Positions 29,024-38,911 are shown, numbered from the stretch's first letter. The stretch is 64,000 nucleotides of DNA from an uncultured Gammaproteobacteria bacterium (GCA_964434055.1 CAYSSY010000001.1:5094-69093); one strand, 5' to 3'. Notes: generated from the letters alone by a model not told the origin. Numbers and translations: made by a program.

Positions 29024-30061
29024 ATGAAGTCTAATCTATTTTTCTATCAATTACCCAAGGAATTAATTGCCCAGAAACCTGCCACACCTCGAGATCGCTC
29101 GAGGTTGCTGATTTTAAACAGAGAAGAAAAAAAAATTAAACATGATTTTTTCTATAACCTGCCAAAATATTTAACTGCTGATGACGTTCTAGTCTTTAAT
29201 GATACAAAAGTTTATCCGGCTCGCCTAATTATGAACAAGCCAACTGGAGGAAGAGTGGAAATTTTGTTACTAAAAAAAGATAAAGGCAATTACTGGCAGG
29301 CACTGGTGTCTGGTAAGAAAAGAAAGCCAGGATTAATGCTCTCACTAAAAAAAACATCTTTAAATTGCCGACTTTTAAAAAACGCGGGTGATTATTGGCT
29401 AATTAAATTCAATATCAATCAAAAAAAGTTATGGTCTTTAATAGAAAAATTTGGTCAGACGCCATTACCTCCTTATATAAAGCAAACAAAAAAATTTCTT
29501 TCTGAAAAACAGATTAAAGATGCTTATCAAACTATATACGCAAAAAATAACGGTTCGGTCGCAGCACCAACAGCTGGTCTGCACTTTACACCTGAGCTGT
29601 TAAAAAAAATAAAAAAACAAGGCACTGAATGCCTATTTGTAACGCTGCATGTCGGTTTGGGGACATTCGCGCCAGTTAAAGAAAAAAATATTGCTTACCA
29701 TAAAATGCATGCTGAACTCGCTGTTGTTGATCAACAAACGGCCAAAAAAATAAACAATTTGAAAAAACAAGGCAAGAGAATCATTGCTGTTGGCACAACG
29801 ACCACTAGAGTCCTTGAATCTTTCGCGAATCAAAATGGTTTCATAAAACCAGATAAAAAAATGACTAATATTTTTATTTATCCACCCTATAAATTTAAAA
29901 TAACTTCCGCGATGATCACCAATTTTCATTTGCCGCAGTCAACCTTATTAATGCTGGTGAGCGCTTTTGCAGGGCGGACTAAAATCTTAAATGCCTACCG
30001 CGATGCGATCAGAAAAAAATATCGTTTCTATTCGCTTGGCGATGCAATGCTTATCTTATAG
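29024..30061 (+). CDS. queA: SAM:tRNA ribosyltransferase-isomerase
   Basis: LPKELIAQKP, FNDTKVYPARL, PLPPYI, GSVAAPTAGLHF, TNFHLPQSTL, YRFYSLGDAM. Confidence 0.97.
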   Translation: MKSNLFFYQLPKELIAQKPATPRDRSRLLILNREEKKIKHDFFYNLPKYLTADDVLVFNDTKVYPARLIMNKPTGGRVEILLLKKDKGNYWQALVSGKKRKPGLMLSLKKTSLNCRLLKNAGDYWLIKFNINQKKLWSLIEKFGQTPLPPYIKQTKKFLSEKQIKDAYQTIYAKNNGSVAAPTAGLHFTPELLKKIKKQGTECLFVTLHVGLGTFAPVKEKNIAYHKMHAELAVVDQQTAKKINNLKKQGKRIIAVGTTTTRVLESFANQNGFIKPDKKMTNIFIYPPYKFKITSAMITNFHLPQSTLLMLVSAFAGRTKILNAYRDAIRKKYRFYSLGDAMLIL

Positions 30062-30212
30062 TAAAGTCAGGTTGTAAAATTGGTATTATATAAATTTGAA
30101 TTTTAAAAAGATTTCTGATAAATTAAAGTAGACCATCGGATCTACATGGTGAGGCGACAAGTGTATTAACCAAGTAACTCAATAAATAGTCTATCTGCGT
30201 GTCATGGCCCTA

Positions 30213-30284
30213 GGCCTGGTAGCCAAGTGGTAAGGCGTGAGTCTGCAAAACTCTTATGCGGGGGTTCGATTCCCCCCCAGGCCT
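30213..30284 (+). tRNA. tRNA-Cys(GCA)
   Basis: GGCCTGG/CCAGGCC, loop CT GCA AA, U73, no encoded CCA. Confidence 0.95.
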
Positions 30285-30414
30285 GAGGCGATGGTAGACA
30301 GAGAAAACTGTTATCCGACAATTTGATTCTGTTACAAAGAGCTTAATTAAAAAACCTTCCAAAAAGGAAAGGTTTTTTGATATAAAAATTTTTACCTTTA
30401 ACCTAAATCACAAA

Positions 30415-30993
30415 CTATCTTTTTTTCCGGTGTTTTCTTTTTTCCTTTTGTAAATCCTTTTTAATCAACTGCCAAAATTCTTTGATATCTTTATTACCAA
30501 GCTTTTTTATAATATTATTTGGCCAGTTTAATAATTGACTAAACTCTTCCGCACCCCAGTAACGTGAACCTGAATCTAAATGCTGCAGTTGTGACTCAAT
30601 TCTATCAACAGTATAGGCCAAACGTGCTTCAAGACTCTTAGCTTTTTCAAACTCAATAAACAGCTGGTAATATTCTTTATATAAGGGTTTTGGTAATAAA
30701 GAAAAAACCTTTTTAGCGTGCATGAGTTCCTGTTGATAATGTGCTTCTTTTTTAATAAACCCCGGTATATCTCCATCGATTAATTCCGGAATATCATGAA
30801 TTAAAAGCATTTTTACTGCTTTTAAAATATCAACTTTTATTTTAAATGTGTCTTGCAAAACCAAAAGTAACAAAGTCGCACGCCAGGTATGTTCTGCGGA
30901 ACTCTCTTGCCGACCAGTTCGCGTCCAATTATGCCTTAAGGTTGATTTGAGCTTTTCAATTTCTTGAAAAAAATTAAGGATTTTTCGTTCCAT
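30415..30993 (-). CDS. HD domain hydrolase (HDDC2/YfbR-like)
   Basis: EKLK...RHNW...RQESSAEHTWR, LIHDIPE...GD. Confidence 0.88.
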   Translation of the reverse strand: MERKILNFFQEIEKLKSTLRHNWTRTGRQESSAEHTWRATLLLLVLQDTFKIKVDILKAVKMLLIHDIPELIDGDIPGFIKKEAHYQQELMHAKKVFSLLPKPLYKEYYQLFIEFEKAKSLEARLAYTVDRIESQLQHLDSGSRYWGAEEFSQLLNWPNNIIKKLGNKDIKEFWQLIKKDLQKEKRKHRKKR

Positions 30994-31005
30994 AAAAAAT
31001 TAAAA

Positions 31006-31087
31006 TGCCGAGGAGAGGACTCGAACCTCCACGCCCTAAGGCACGTGGTCCTAAACCACGCGTGGCTACCAATTACACCACCTCGGC
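31006..31087 (-). tRNA. tRNA-Leu(TAG)
   Basis: GCCGAGG/CCTCGGC, CGTGG-TT TAG GA-CCACG, variable arm. Confidence 0.95.
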
Positions 31088-31188
31088 TTAATATAATTAA
31101 AGCTATTTAACTCGTTCTTGTCAAACAAATAATTGTCAGATTAATAAATATATTTTACAATAAAAAGGTAAAAAATGAATTAAAAGCT

Positions 31189-33534
31189 ATGGCTCCCAAG
31201 CTCGGCCAACTAGCACGTATAATTATTGTACCAGTGGTGCTATTTTTTAGCCCACTTTTTGTTTTTGCCCAAGATAGTCAAGTGCTGATCAATGAAGTTC
31301 AGATTGCCGGGCAAACAGCAACCGATGAATTTATAGAGCTTTATAATCTAACAAATCAAAAAATTAGCCTTACCGGTTGGCGACTAGCTAAAAAAACTGC
31401 CAGCGGTAATCTCTATAATCTGGTAACTTCTTTTATAGACGTTAGTATCGAACCAAAAAGTTATTTATTAATTGCTCATAAAGATTTCCAAGCTGATTTT
31501 AATGCCGATGTTTATTATTCAACTTCATCATCAATCGCCGATAATAATACACTGATTATTTACAGTGATGCCGGCAAAACAGTGGTCGACAAAGTTGGTT
31601 GGGGTGAAGCAATAGATTTTGAAGTTAAAGCCGCGCCCAGTCCTAAAAATAAACAAAGTCTCAGTAGAACTAACGGCCTTGACACGGGTGACAATGCGAC
31701 TGATTTTGTTGTTTCAACATCACCATCGCCGAAACAAGAAAACCAAATCACAAGTAACCAACCAACAACTAACAATCAACAAAATTTAGAAACAAATACC
31801 CAACCAAACAATCCAGACGTTTCTAACCAAATCCCAATATACCAAACCTATACCAAGCAAATTTTTTTTAATGAACTTTTGCCTAATCCCGCGGGTAGCG
31901 ACGAAGAAAATGAGTGGTTTGAGTTATTTAATCATTCAAATTTTGAAGTCAATCTTAACGGTTGGATAATTATTGATAATTCCGGCAAAAAATTTATCAT
32001 TAACCAAGAAAAATTGGCCAGTACCACTATCGCCCCCGATGGTTACTTTTTAGTTAAGAGGGGTGTTTCTAATATCAGCCTTAATAATGACAACGATCTC
32101 TTAAAACTCTATCAACCAAATGGCGAATTAATTGATTCTGTTAGTTATAAAGATGAGGCTGGAGAAAACATCGCTTATGCCAGAGATCAGAGAAATAACA
32201 CCTGGTCATGGACAACAACTATTACTCCAGCCGCTAGTAACATAATATCTTCTCCTTCAGAAAAAACTGAAGATGACGGTGAAATCACTCCGGTCGGGGA
32301 TGCAATAAAAACCACGGACAACAAAACATCTTTTACTGAAAAGGCTAATATAGAAAAATTAACTGATTATTCGCGACAAATAATAATTAATGAGGTTTTG
32401 CCGAACCCACAAGGTAATGATGAGGAACATGAATGGATTGAATTAAAAAATCTTACAAGTGAGGTTGTTGATTTGATTGACTGGTTTTTGGCCGATAGTT
32501 CGCGACAATATCAAATCTCTAAAAAAGATTTTAACAATTCAGTGATCCAAGCTAACGGCTATTTTTTGATACCAAGAAAAAATTCTCAACTCGCCCTTAA
32601 TAATTCAGGCACAGAAAAAATACAATTACTGCATCCTGATAAAAATCTTGTTGAAGAAGTTGAGTATTCGGGTCATATTAAAGAAAATGTCAGTTATGCC
32701 CGCGATGAAGATGATTTATGGTTTTGGACCACTGTACCAACACCAGCAGGACCTAATATTATTGTGCTACCAACTGATAAAGAGGTTGAGGAAACCGCTA
32801 CTGATGACAAGCAGGACAAGATACAAATTGATAAACAAACAATTGAGGGGATAGTTATTGCTAAACCGGGCTTATTTGGTGTCACTTACTTTTACATTAA
32901 TGGTTTGAGAATATATTGTGCTAAAAAAGATTTTCCTGAACTTAAAGTCGGTGATAAAATTAAAATGACTGGGGAAATGGATATAATGAATAATATCTCT
33001 GTTTTTAAAATTAAGAATCAGGATGATATTACCATCATCTCCTCAAATAATGCCGTCAACCCACTAATTAAAACCACGGAAAGCTTAACACGTGATGATC
33101 TTAGTAAATTGGTTAAGCTAACCGGACAGATCCTTGATGTTAAAAGTACTAAAATATACCTAGCCGATGATGACGGTGAAATTGTTCTGACAATAAAACC
33201 AAATACTAATATCAAAAAAGAAATCTTTGTGTCTGGTGACCAAATTGCGGCAACTGGCATTGTTTTTACTTCCAGTAATGAATTAACTATCGTGCCCAGA
33301 TCAGAAGCAGATATAGAATTTGTTAATCAAGTGCTGGGCGCGACTAAAAAAAAAGAAACTGTCTTTAACCGACAAAAAAATGATAACTTCAGAAATTATT
33401 TATTCCTAACCCTTGGAGCCATAATTATTATTTCTTTGATATTAATAATCAGAAATCTTCAGGTGATTGCCATCTGGTGGCATGAAAAAAAAGAGGTTTG
33501 GAAAAAAATTAAAGAAATTCTTAATAAACCTTGA
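31189..33534 (+). CDS. Secreted protein with three lamin-tail domains, OB-fold-like domains and a C-terminal membrane anchor
   Basis: Three INE..(PNP)..EF/WIEL.N repeats, signal peptide, C-terminal TM. Confidence 0.85.
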   Translation: MAPKLGQLARIIIVPVVLFFSPLFVFAQDSQVLINEVQIAGQTATDEFIELYNLTNQKISLTGWRLAKKTASGNLYNLVTSFIDVSIEPKSYLLIAHKDFQADFNADVYYSTSSSIADNNTLIIYSDAGKTVVDKVGWGEAIDFEVKAAPSPKNKQSLSRTNGLDTGDNATDFVVSTSPSPKQENQITSNQPTTNNQQNLETNTQPNNPDVSNQIPIYQTYTKQIFFNELLPNPAGSDEENEWFELFNHSNFEVNLNGWIIIDNSGKKFIINQEKLASTTIAPDGYFLVKRGVSNISLNNDNDLLKLYQPNGELIDSVSYKDEAGENIAYARDQRNNTWSWTTTITPAASNIISSPSEKTEDDGEITPVGDAIKTTDNKTSFTEKANIEKLTDYSRQIIINEVLPNPQGNDEEHEWIELKNLTSEVVDLIDWFLADSSRQYQISKKDFNNSVIQANGYFLIPRKNSQLALNNSGTEKIQLLHPDKNLVEEVEYSGHIKENVSYARDEDDLWFWTTVPTPAGPNIIVLPTDKEVEETATDDKQDKIQIDKQTIEGIVIAKPGLFGVTYFYINGLRIYCAKKDFPELKVGDKIKMTGEMDIMNNISVFKIKNQDDITIISSNNAVNPLIKTTESLTRDDLSKLVKLTGQILDVKSTKIYLADDDGEIVLTIKPNTNIKKEIFVSGDQIAATGIVFTSSNELTIVPRSEADIEFVNQVLGATKKKETVFNRQKNDNFRNYLFLTLGAIIIISLILIIRNLQVIAIWWHEKKEVWKKIKEILNKP

Positions 33535-33590
33535 CTGATTTATAATAAAGGGTATAATTATTTTAAAATAAAATATAAGCCTAAAAATAT

Positions 33591-33626
33591 GGCGGGCCTG
33601 CCCGCCGAAGCTTAAGCGAAGGCGGG
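33591..33626. repeat. GC-rich REP-like palindrome overlapping the tRNA-Gly 5' end
   Basis: GGCGGG-cctg-CCCGCC and CCCGCC-gaa-GCT-ta-AGC-gaa-GGCGGG. Confidence 0.65.
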
Positions 33627-33696
33627 TATCGTATAATAGTTATTATGCCACCTTGCCAAGGTGGAGAAACGGGTGCGATTCCCGTTACCCGCTCCA
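33622..33696 (+). tRNA. tRNA-Gly(GCC)
   Basis: GCGGGTA/TACCCGC, CCACC-TT GCC AA-GGTGG, encoded CCA; T-loop reads TGCGATT. Confidence 0.93.
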
Positions 33697-33770
33697 GTCA
33701 AAAAAGTCCCATTTAAAAGAATGAGGCTTTTTTGATTTGACATTCTCAAAAAAATTATTATGATAAAAAA

Positions 33771-34235
33771 ATGACAACCAACAACATTAGCCTAGTTTTA
33801 TACAATATCCGTTCGCGTTTTAATGTCGGCGCGATTTTAAGGACAGCTGACGCAGCTGGAGTAAAAAAAGTCTATCTTTGTGGTATTACTCCTTTCCCGC
33901 CACACCCCAAAATCAATAAAGTTTCTTTGGGTGCTGAAAAAACCGTGGCTTGGAAATACTCTAAGCAAACTGTACCTTTGATTAAAAAGTTAAAAAAAGA
34001 TGGTTTAATAATTGTTGCTTTAGAGCAGACACCAGCTAGCCGTCCTTATTATCAATTTAAAAATAATAAGCCACTGGCTTTAATTCTAGGCAATGAAGTA
34101 AAAGGTTTGCCTAAAAAAATTCTTAATTTGACTGATGAAATAGTTGAAATCCCTATGCATGGCCACAAAGAATCTTTAAACGTCGCCGTCGCTGCTGGTA
34201 TCGTTTTATTTGATTTAATTAAGAAAGTTAGATAG
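33771..34235 (+). CDS. TrmH/SpoU family RNA methyltransferase
   Basis: NIRSRFNVGAILRTADA, LGNEVKG, EIPMHGHKESLNVAVA. Confidence 0.92.
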   Translation: MTTNNISLVLYNIRSRFNVGAILRTADAAGVKKVYLCGITPFPPHPKINKVSLGAEKTVAWKYSKQTVPLIKKLKKDGLIIVALEQTPASRPYYQFKNNKPLALILGNEVKGLPKKILNLTDEIVEIPMHGHKESLNVAVAAGIVLFDLIKKVR

Positions 34236-34342
34236 AATGTAAATAATGCAAAATTTAAAAATTAAAAAATGCAGAATACCAAAATTAAAATATTAAATAG
34301 ATTAATTTTAATTTTTGACTTTTGAATTTTACATTTAATTTT
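34236..34342. repeat. Heptamer-periodic inverted element
   Basis: aatgcaaaatttaaaaattaaaa ... tttttgacttttgaattttacatt, imperfect inverted arms with 7-nt period. Confidence 0.6.
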
Positions 34343-34429
34343 GCCCAGGTGGTGGAACTGGTATACACGCAAGACTTAAAATCTTGTGGCCTTCAAGCCA
34401 TGCGGGTTCGATTCCCGCCCTGGGCACCA
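34343..34429 (+). tRNA. tRNA-Leu(TAA)
   Basis: GCCCAGG/CCTGGGC, CAAGA-CT TAA AA-TCTTG, encoded CCA. Confidence 0.96.
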
Positions 34430-34438
34430 GTATCATAA

Positions 34439-34512
34439 CGGGGTGTAGCGAAGTTGGCTATCGCGCCTGCTTTGGGAGCAGGAGATCCCGAGTTCGAGTC
34501 TCGGCACCCCGA
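34439..34512 (+). tRNA. tRNA-Pro(TGG)
   Basis: CGGGGTG/CACCCCG, CCTGC-TT TGG GA-GCAGG. Confidence 0.95.
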
Positions 34513-34579
34513 AAAAACAAACTGTCATAGAGTTTGTTTTTTTATTTGAAAAAAAAATTAGTTTTGTTAAAATATCATT

Positions 34580-35563
34580 ATGACAAAAGTATATTTCCTA
34601 AAAAAAATAGAATTCAAAAAAATTAAAACCGTTCTGCCTAATTTTAAACAACCACTTGGTGTTAAGGTCCACTTTGGTGAACGAGGTAATGAAACTTTTA
34701 TTTCCGCTTCAGTCATTAAACAAATTACTGACTTACTTCAAGCACCAACATTGATTGAGTGTAATGTTTTATATAAAGGTTCACGGACCACTAAAATCGA
34801 TCATTTAGAAATTGCCAAACAGCACGGTTTTAATTTTGCTCCTATTGATATTCTTGATGGAGAATTAGGTGAAAAACATTTAGAATTATCTCTAAAAAAT
34901 TGTAGTCACTTTAACAAGGTGTATATTGGTAAAGGTTTAGAAAAATATAACTCACTTCTTGTAATCTCACATTTTAAGGGTCATATTTCTGCCGGCTTCG
35001 GTGGTGCTATTAAAAATCTGGGTATGGGCCTTGCCTCCAGACAAGGTAAACTGGCGCTCCATGCTTCAATTAAACACCAAATTAATTCCATTAAGTGTAT
35101 TGCCTGCGGTCAGTGCTTAGAGAACTGTCCAGTGAATGCTATTAATTGGAACAGTTATCATAAAGCCCAAATTAATCAAAACTTATGCGTTAGCTGTTCA
35201 AAGTGTATTGCCTTGTGTTCTGAAAAAGCCATTGAAATTCCCTGGCAAAGCACCAAACCGGAAACTTTACAGGAAAGAATCGCTGAATACACTTTAGCAA
35301 TAACTGACAGGCTGCCCTGTTTTTTTATTAATTTCTTAACTAACATAACGGAACACTGTGATTGTATTGGACAAAAGCTACCACTGCTAACGCCTGACAT
35401 CGGCCTGCTGCTATCTACTGACCCGGTTGCTATTGACCAGGCTTCTTATGATTTAATCACAAAACACCATCCCCCTTTTCAAAAATTTAAAGGTCTGGCA
35501 CAATTAGAATATGGAGAAAAAATCGGTTTGGGATCAAAAGATTATCAATTAATAAATCTATGA
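34580..35563 (+). CDS. DUF362 / 4Fe-4S ferredoxin domain protein
   Basis: KVHFGERGN, SHFKGH..AGFGGAIKNLGMG, CIACGQCLENCP, CVSCSKCIALC, DPVAIDQA. Confidence 0.9.
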   Translation: MTKVYFLKKIEFKKIKTVLPNFKQPLGVKVHFGERGNETFISASVIKQITDLLQAPTLIECNVLYKGSRTTKIDHLEIAKQHGFNFAPIDILDGELGEKHLELSLKNCSHFNKVYIGKGLEKYNSLLVISHFKGHISAGFGGAIKNLGMGLASRQGKLALHASIKHQINSIKCIACGQCLENCPVNAINWNSYHKAQINQNLCVSCSKCIALCSEKAIEIPWQSTKPETLQERIAEYTLAITDRLPCFFINFLTNITEHCDCIGQKLPLLTPDIGLLLSTDPVAIDQASYDLITKHHPPFQKFKGLAQLEYGEKIGLGSKDYQLINL

Positions 35564-35910
35564 AAAAAAATATTTTTTTTATCTTTATATTATCTTTGAT
35601 AATAATAACGAGTGGTTGCACAAAAAAAGAGCAAGTAAATACAAATTACAACTTGAATCTTAATCAAAATGTTTCGATAGAGATCAGAGATATGTCACAA
35701 GTACCTGCTGATTATTATTCTGGCAATTCACGATTCAGTCGTGGCATTTGCACTCAAGATAGTGAGTGCTTTAATATTGGTTGCTCTTTGGAAATGTGTT
35801 CTAATGACAAAGATATGATGACCTCGTGTGAAATTGGGGGAAATTTTCCTGATAAGAACAAATATGCTTGTGGTTGTATAAAGGATAGGTGTGGTTGGTA
35901 TAAAAAATAA
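35560..35910 (+). CDS. Lipoprotein with eight-cysteine-cluster-like domain
   Basis: Lipobox TSGC; C..DSEC..IGCS.E.C......TSCE.........CGC....CGW. Confidence 0.75.
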   Translation: MKKNIFFIFILSLIIITSGCTKKEQVNTNYNLNLNQNVSIEIRDMSQVPADYYSGNSRFSRGICTQDSECFNIGCSLEMCSNDKDMMTSCEIGGNFPDKNKYACGCIKDRCGWYKK

Positions 35911-35928
35911 TTTTAAATTTTTAAAAAA

Positions 35929-36270
35929 ATGAAAAATTTTTTTCTGGCCGTTTATGATGTAGTCAAAAAAGTGCCACCAGGTAAAGTAACAACTTATGGT
36001 CAAGTGGCAACTCTGTTAGGTAATCCCAGGTCAGCTCGAATAGTTGGTTGGGCTTTACATCAACTAAGACTCGAGGACCAAGTCCCTTGGCAAAGAGTAG
36101 TTAATTCTCGCGGTTTAATCTCCACCACTTGCTTAGAACATAATGCGTGTCTGCAGGCAAAACTTTTACAAAAAGAAGGTGTTCATGTAGAATTTAAGGA
36201 AGGTGTTTACTTAATAGATTTAAAAAAATATTTGTGGATGCCAGGATTTGTGTTCTCTGCCTTCACTTGA
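35929..36270 (+). CDS. Alkyltransferase-like protein (Atl/YbaZ)
   Basis: VPPGKVTTYGQVA, ARIVG, PWQRVVN (Trp replaces the catalytic Cys of PCHR). Confidence 0.9.
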   Translation: MKNFFLAVYDVVKKVPPGKVTTYGQVATLLGNPRSARIVGWALHQLRLEDQVPWQRVVNSRGLISTTCLEHNACLQAKLLQKEGVHVEFKEGVYLIDLKKYLWMPGFVFSAFT

Positions 36271-36342
<72 letters not shown>

Positions 36343-36438
36343 GAGGCGAAGGCGGTTAATTAATCTACTTAACATCATAATAGTGTTTAAAAAACTCCTT
36401 TGTCAGGAGTTTTTTAAATTCTTAAACTATTAATAAAA

Positions 36439-37347
36439 TTAAATACCACCACATTCTTTAGCACTAACATGGAAATGACCAACGGTATAATAGTTACCGT
36501 CATTATCTTTGGCTTTATATTCTTCATAACGAAAGTTGCCACCACAAATATTCATAACTAAATCCTTCATGGCTATTTGATCTCCATTATCAAAACCTCG
36601 ACTTCTAAAATCAACAGCATAAGATCCGTCGAGTTTTTTGAATGGCCCACCGTAATGACAAGAACCATAACTATGAGCACAGACCGCGTCAGACCAGTTA
36701 TCACGACAAGTTGCTAATCCGGCGTTATCGCTCACAGAAGTAATAACTAATGTCTTACTAGATAATCTAGTATAATTATTCTTTTTTGTATTAATACAAT
36801 TTAACAACTTATAAAGCGAAGGTGAAACATCACCGCACTGACTAGTTTTAATTGAAGTAGCGGTTGCAATACTGGCACAGTTACCGCTGACAATATCTTC
36901 TTCGGTTGGTCTGACAATTTCAATGGTTTCACATTTTGGCACCTGCCACCAACCACGAGAAACAACTAAGCCCTTATTAAGGGTCAACATATTAATAATA
37001 ATGCTAATTAAACTCCATGAAACCATAACTAAACAGACAGCTAAAAGGGTATTAAAAATTAGTTTTTTATTAGCGGCGATCGACTCTTTGTTACCCCAAT
37101 TCATAACTAAACCTATACCACCCCAGATTAATAAAACCAATGCTGCACCGGACATAAAATAAAGAATTAAACGGGCAGCTGATGAAAAAACTGATAAAAA
37201 ATCACATACTGAGCAATCTCCATTATTAACACACTGGAGAGATAGCTCATCAAAAAGACTATAAGCTCTAACTTCAGTCCTAAGCGAAAAAATAAAAATT
37301 AACAATAAGCTAAATATAAAAAATCTGACTTTTATGGTTTTTCTCAT
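36439..37347 (-). CDS. Pilin-like protein with a C-terminal Cys-rich, M15/LAS-like peptidase domain
   Basis: Pilin helices (NWGNKESIAANKKLI), then H...SCHYG..AVDF ... GHFHVS. Confidence 0.7.
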   Translation of the reverse strand: MRKTIKVRFFIFSLLLIFIFSLRTEVRAYSLFDELSLQCVNNGDCSVCDFLSVFSSAARLILYFMSGAALVLLIWGGIGLVMNWGNKESIAANKKLIFNTLLAVCLVMVSWSLISIIINMLTLNKGLVVSRGWWQVPKCETIEIVRPTEEDIVSGNCASIATATSIKTSQCGDVSPSLYKLLNCINTKKNNYTRLSSKTLVITSVSDNAGLATCRDNWSDAVCAHSYGSCHYGGPFKKLDGSYAVDFRSRGFDNGDQIAMKDLVMNICGGNFRYEEYKAKDNDGNYYTVGHFHVSAKECGGI

Positions 37348-37533
37348 AAAATAATTATACTTTTATTTTAATCTTTTTTCAATAAATATTTATTAATCAA
37401 CTAAAGAAAAGAACCACCTAATCGTTATGGTGATTCTTTTCACTTATCAGGCGACATATGGATTATGCCCCTAATATAAAAGTTTAGGAACTGAAAAACA
37501 CTTACTGCCAAGTGCTAACAGTCCCCACATAGC

Positions 37534-37629
37534 TTAAGCAGATTGTTCTTCAGTCGGCGTTGACTGTTCCTCGGGAGTCGCAACACTTTCATCAGCTTGT
37601 GGTTCTTGAGTGATTGGTTCGTCTTGCAT
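37534..37629 (-). CDS. 31-aa acidic microprotein
   Basis: MQDEPITQEPQADESVATPEEQSTPTEEQSA; upstream TTGACA..TATAAT (~37777-37750) and downstream terminator (~37407-37440). Confidence 0.65.
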   Translation of the reverse strand: MQDEPITQEPQADESVATPEEQSTPTEEQSA

Positions 37630-37919
37630 ATTTTTTTTGTTAATTATTAAACAATTTCGCATCAGCTTAGATCTTTTATATCAGAAAAACTTTTATAAAA
37701 ATAAAAAAGCTCATAAATGACCTTTATGCAATTTAAAAATTGCACTCTTATTATAACATTAAACGATTTATTGTCAATGTGTAAAATTAAAAAAACTCGA
37801 CATTTTTTTTATTAGAGATATAATATTATAAGAAATTATTAATAACCGACGCCCAGGAAAAACGTACTGGCTAACCAAAAAATATCAATCGGTTCAATTA
37901 TCAATAAAATTCAAAAAAT

Positions 37920-38504
37920 ATGCTTGATACAGAACTACCAAAATTAAATTACAATTTTGACGCCTTAGAACCATATATTGACGCCGAAACAATGGAAATT
38001 CACTATAGCAAGCATCATAAAGCTTATCTAGAAAAATTTTTAGCGGCTTTGGATAAATATTCTGATCTTAAAAAAAATAATCCTCAAGATATAATTAAAA
38101 AATTAAACTCTTTCAGTGTTGAGGAAAAAGATCGTTTAGCAATCAAAAATTTTGGCGGTGGTTATTTAAACCATAATCTATATTGGCAAATAATGGATCC
38201 GAATAACAAGCGCGATGAACGACTGATTGATGAATTAGAAAAAAATTATGGTTCATTAAATGAGTTTAAAAAACTCTTTAATAATCTAGCTATTAGCCAT
38301 TTTGGTAGTGGTTGGACTTGGTTAGTCAGGGATGAAAAAGGTGTTTTACAAATTTATTCATTACCAAATCAAGATTCTCCTTTAACACTCGGTCATGAAC
38401 CGATTTTGACTGTCGACTTGTGGGAACATGCTTATTATCTTAAATATCAAAATCGTCGTTCAGAATATATCGAAAATTGGTGGCAGACCATAAAAATTAT
38501 TTAA
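37920..38504 (+). CDS. Fe/Mn superoxide dismutase
   Basis: ALEPYID..TM..HYSKHH, NHNLYW, FGSGW, NQDSP, DLWEHAYY. Confidence 0.96.
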   Translation: MLDTELPKLNYNFDALEPYIDAETMEIHYSKHHKAYLEKFLAALDKYSDLKKNNPQDIIKKLNSFSVEEKDRLAIKNFGGGYLNHNLYWQIMDPNNKRDERLIDELEKNYGSLNEFKKLFNNLAISHFGSGWTWLVRDEKGVLQIYSLPNQDSPLTLGHEPILTVDLWEHAYYLKYQNRRSEYIENWWQTIKII

Positions 38505-38647
38505 ATTTTAACTAATATAAATAGACAAAAAAGTTTAACCCAGTAAGATAATGCTAATCACTAATTTTTTGATTATGTTAAACTACCACTTGCCAAAAAA
38601 ATAAATTTATAATAACATTAAAATCAATAATAAATATAAAGAAAAAT

Positions 38648-38911
38648 ATGCCAACTATTTCCCGTTCAGCCGCTAAACGCCTAAGACAATCAGAAAAAAG
38701 AACTATTGTTAATAATAAGGCCAAAGGCAACATTGATTTTTTAATAAAAAAGGCTTATAAAGCCATAACTGCTAAGGATAATAATCAAATTACTGAAACA
38801 GTGAAAAAAGCAGTCAAAGCCATTGATAAAGCAGTGCAAAAAAAAATCATTAAAAAAAATACAGCGGCCAGAAAAAAGAAGCAACTGTTTTTTGCACTTA
38901 AAAAAAAATAA
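38648..38911 (+). CDS. rpsT: 30S ribosomal protein S20
   Basis: SAAKRLRQSEKR, IDKAVQKKIIKKNTAARKK. Confidence 0.93.
   Translation: MPTISRSAAKRLRQSEKRTIVNNKAKGNIDFLIKKAYKAITAKDNNQITETVKKAVKAIDKAVQKKIIKKNTAARKKKQLFFALKKK

Noticed and set aside
29024-30061. queA as a surprise in a reduced genome
   Set aside because: ruvB-queA linkage is a common conserved arrangement
30285-31005. Integrated element between tRNA-Cys and tRNA-Leu
   Set aside because: No integrase and no duplicated tRNA 3' end; only one HD gene
37844-37894. Possible riboswitch upstream of sod (AACCGA/TCGGTT, CCAG/CTGG)
   Set aside because: Helices are short and match no riboswitch consensus I can support
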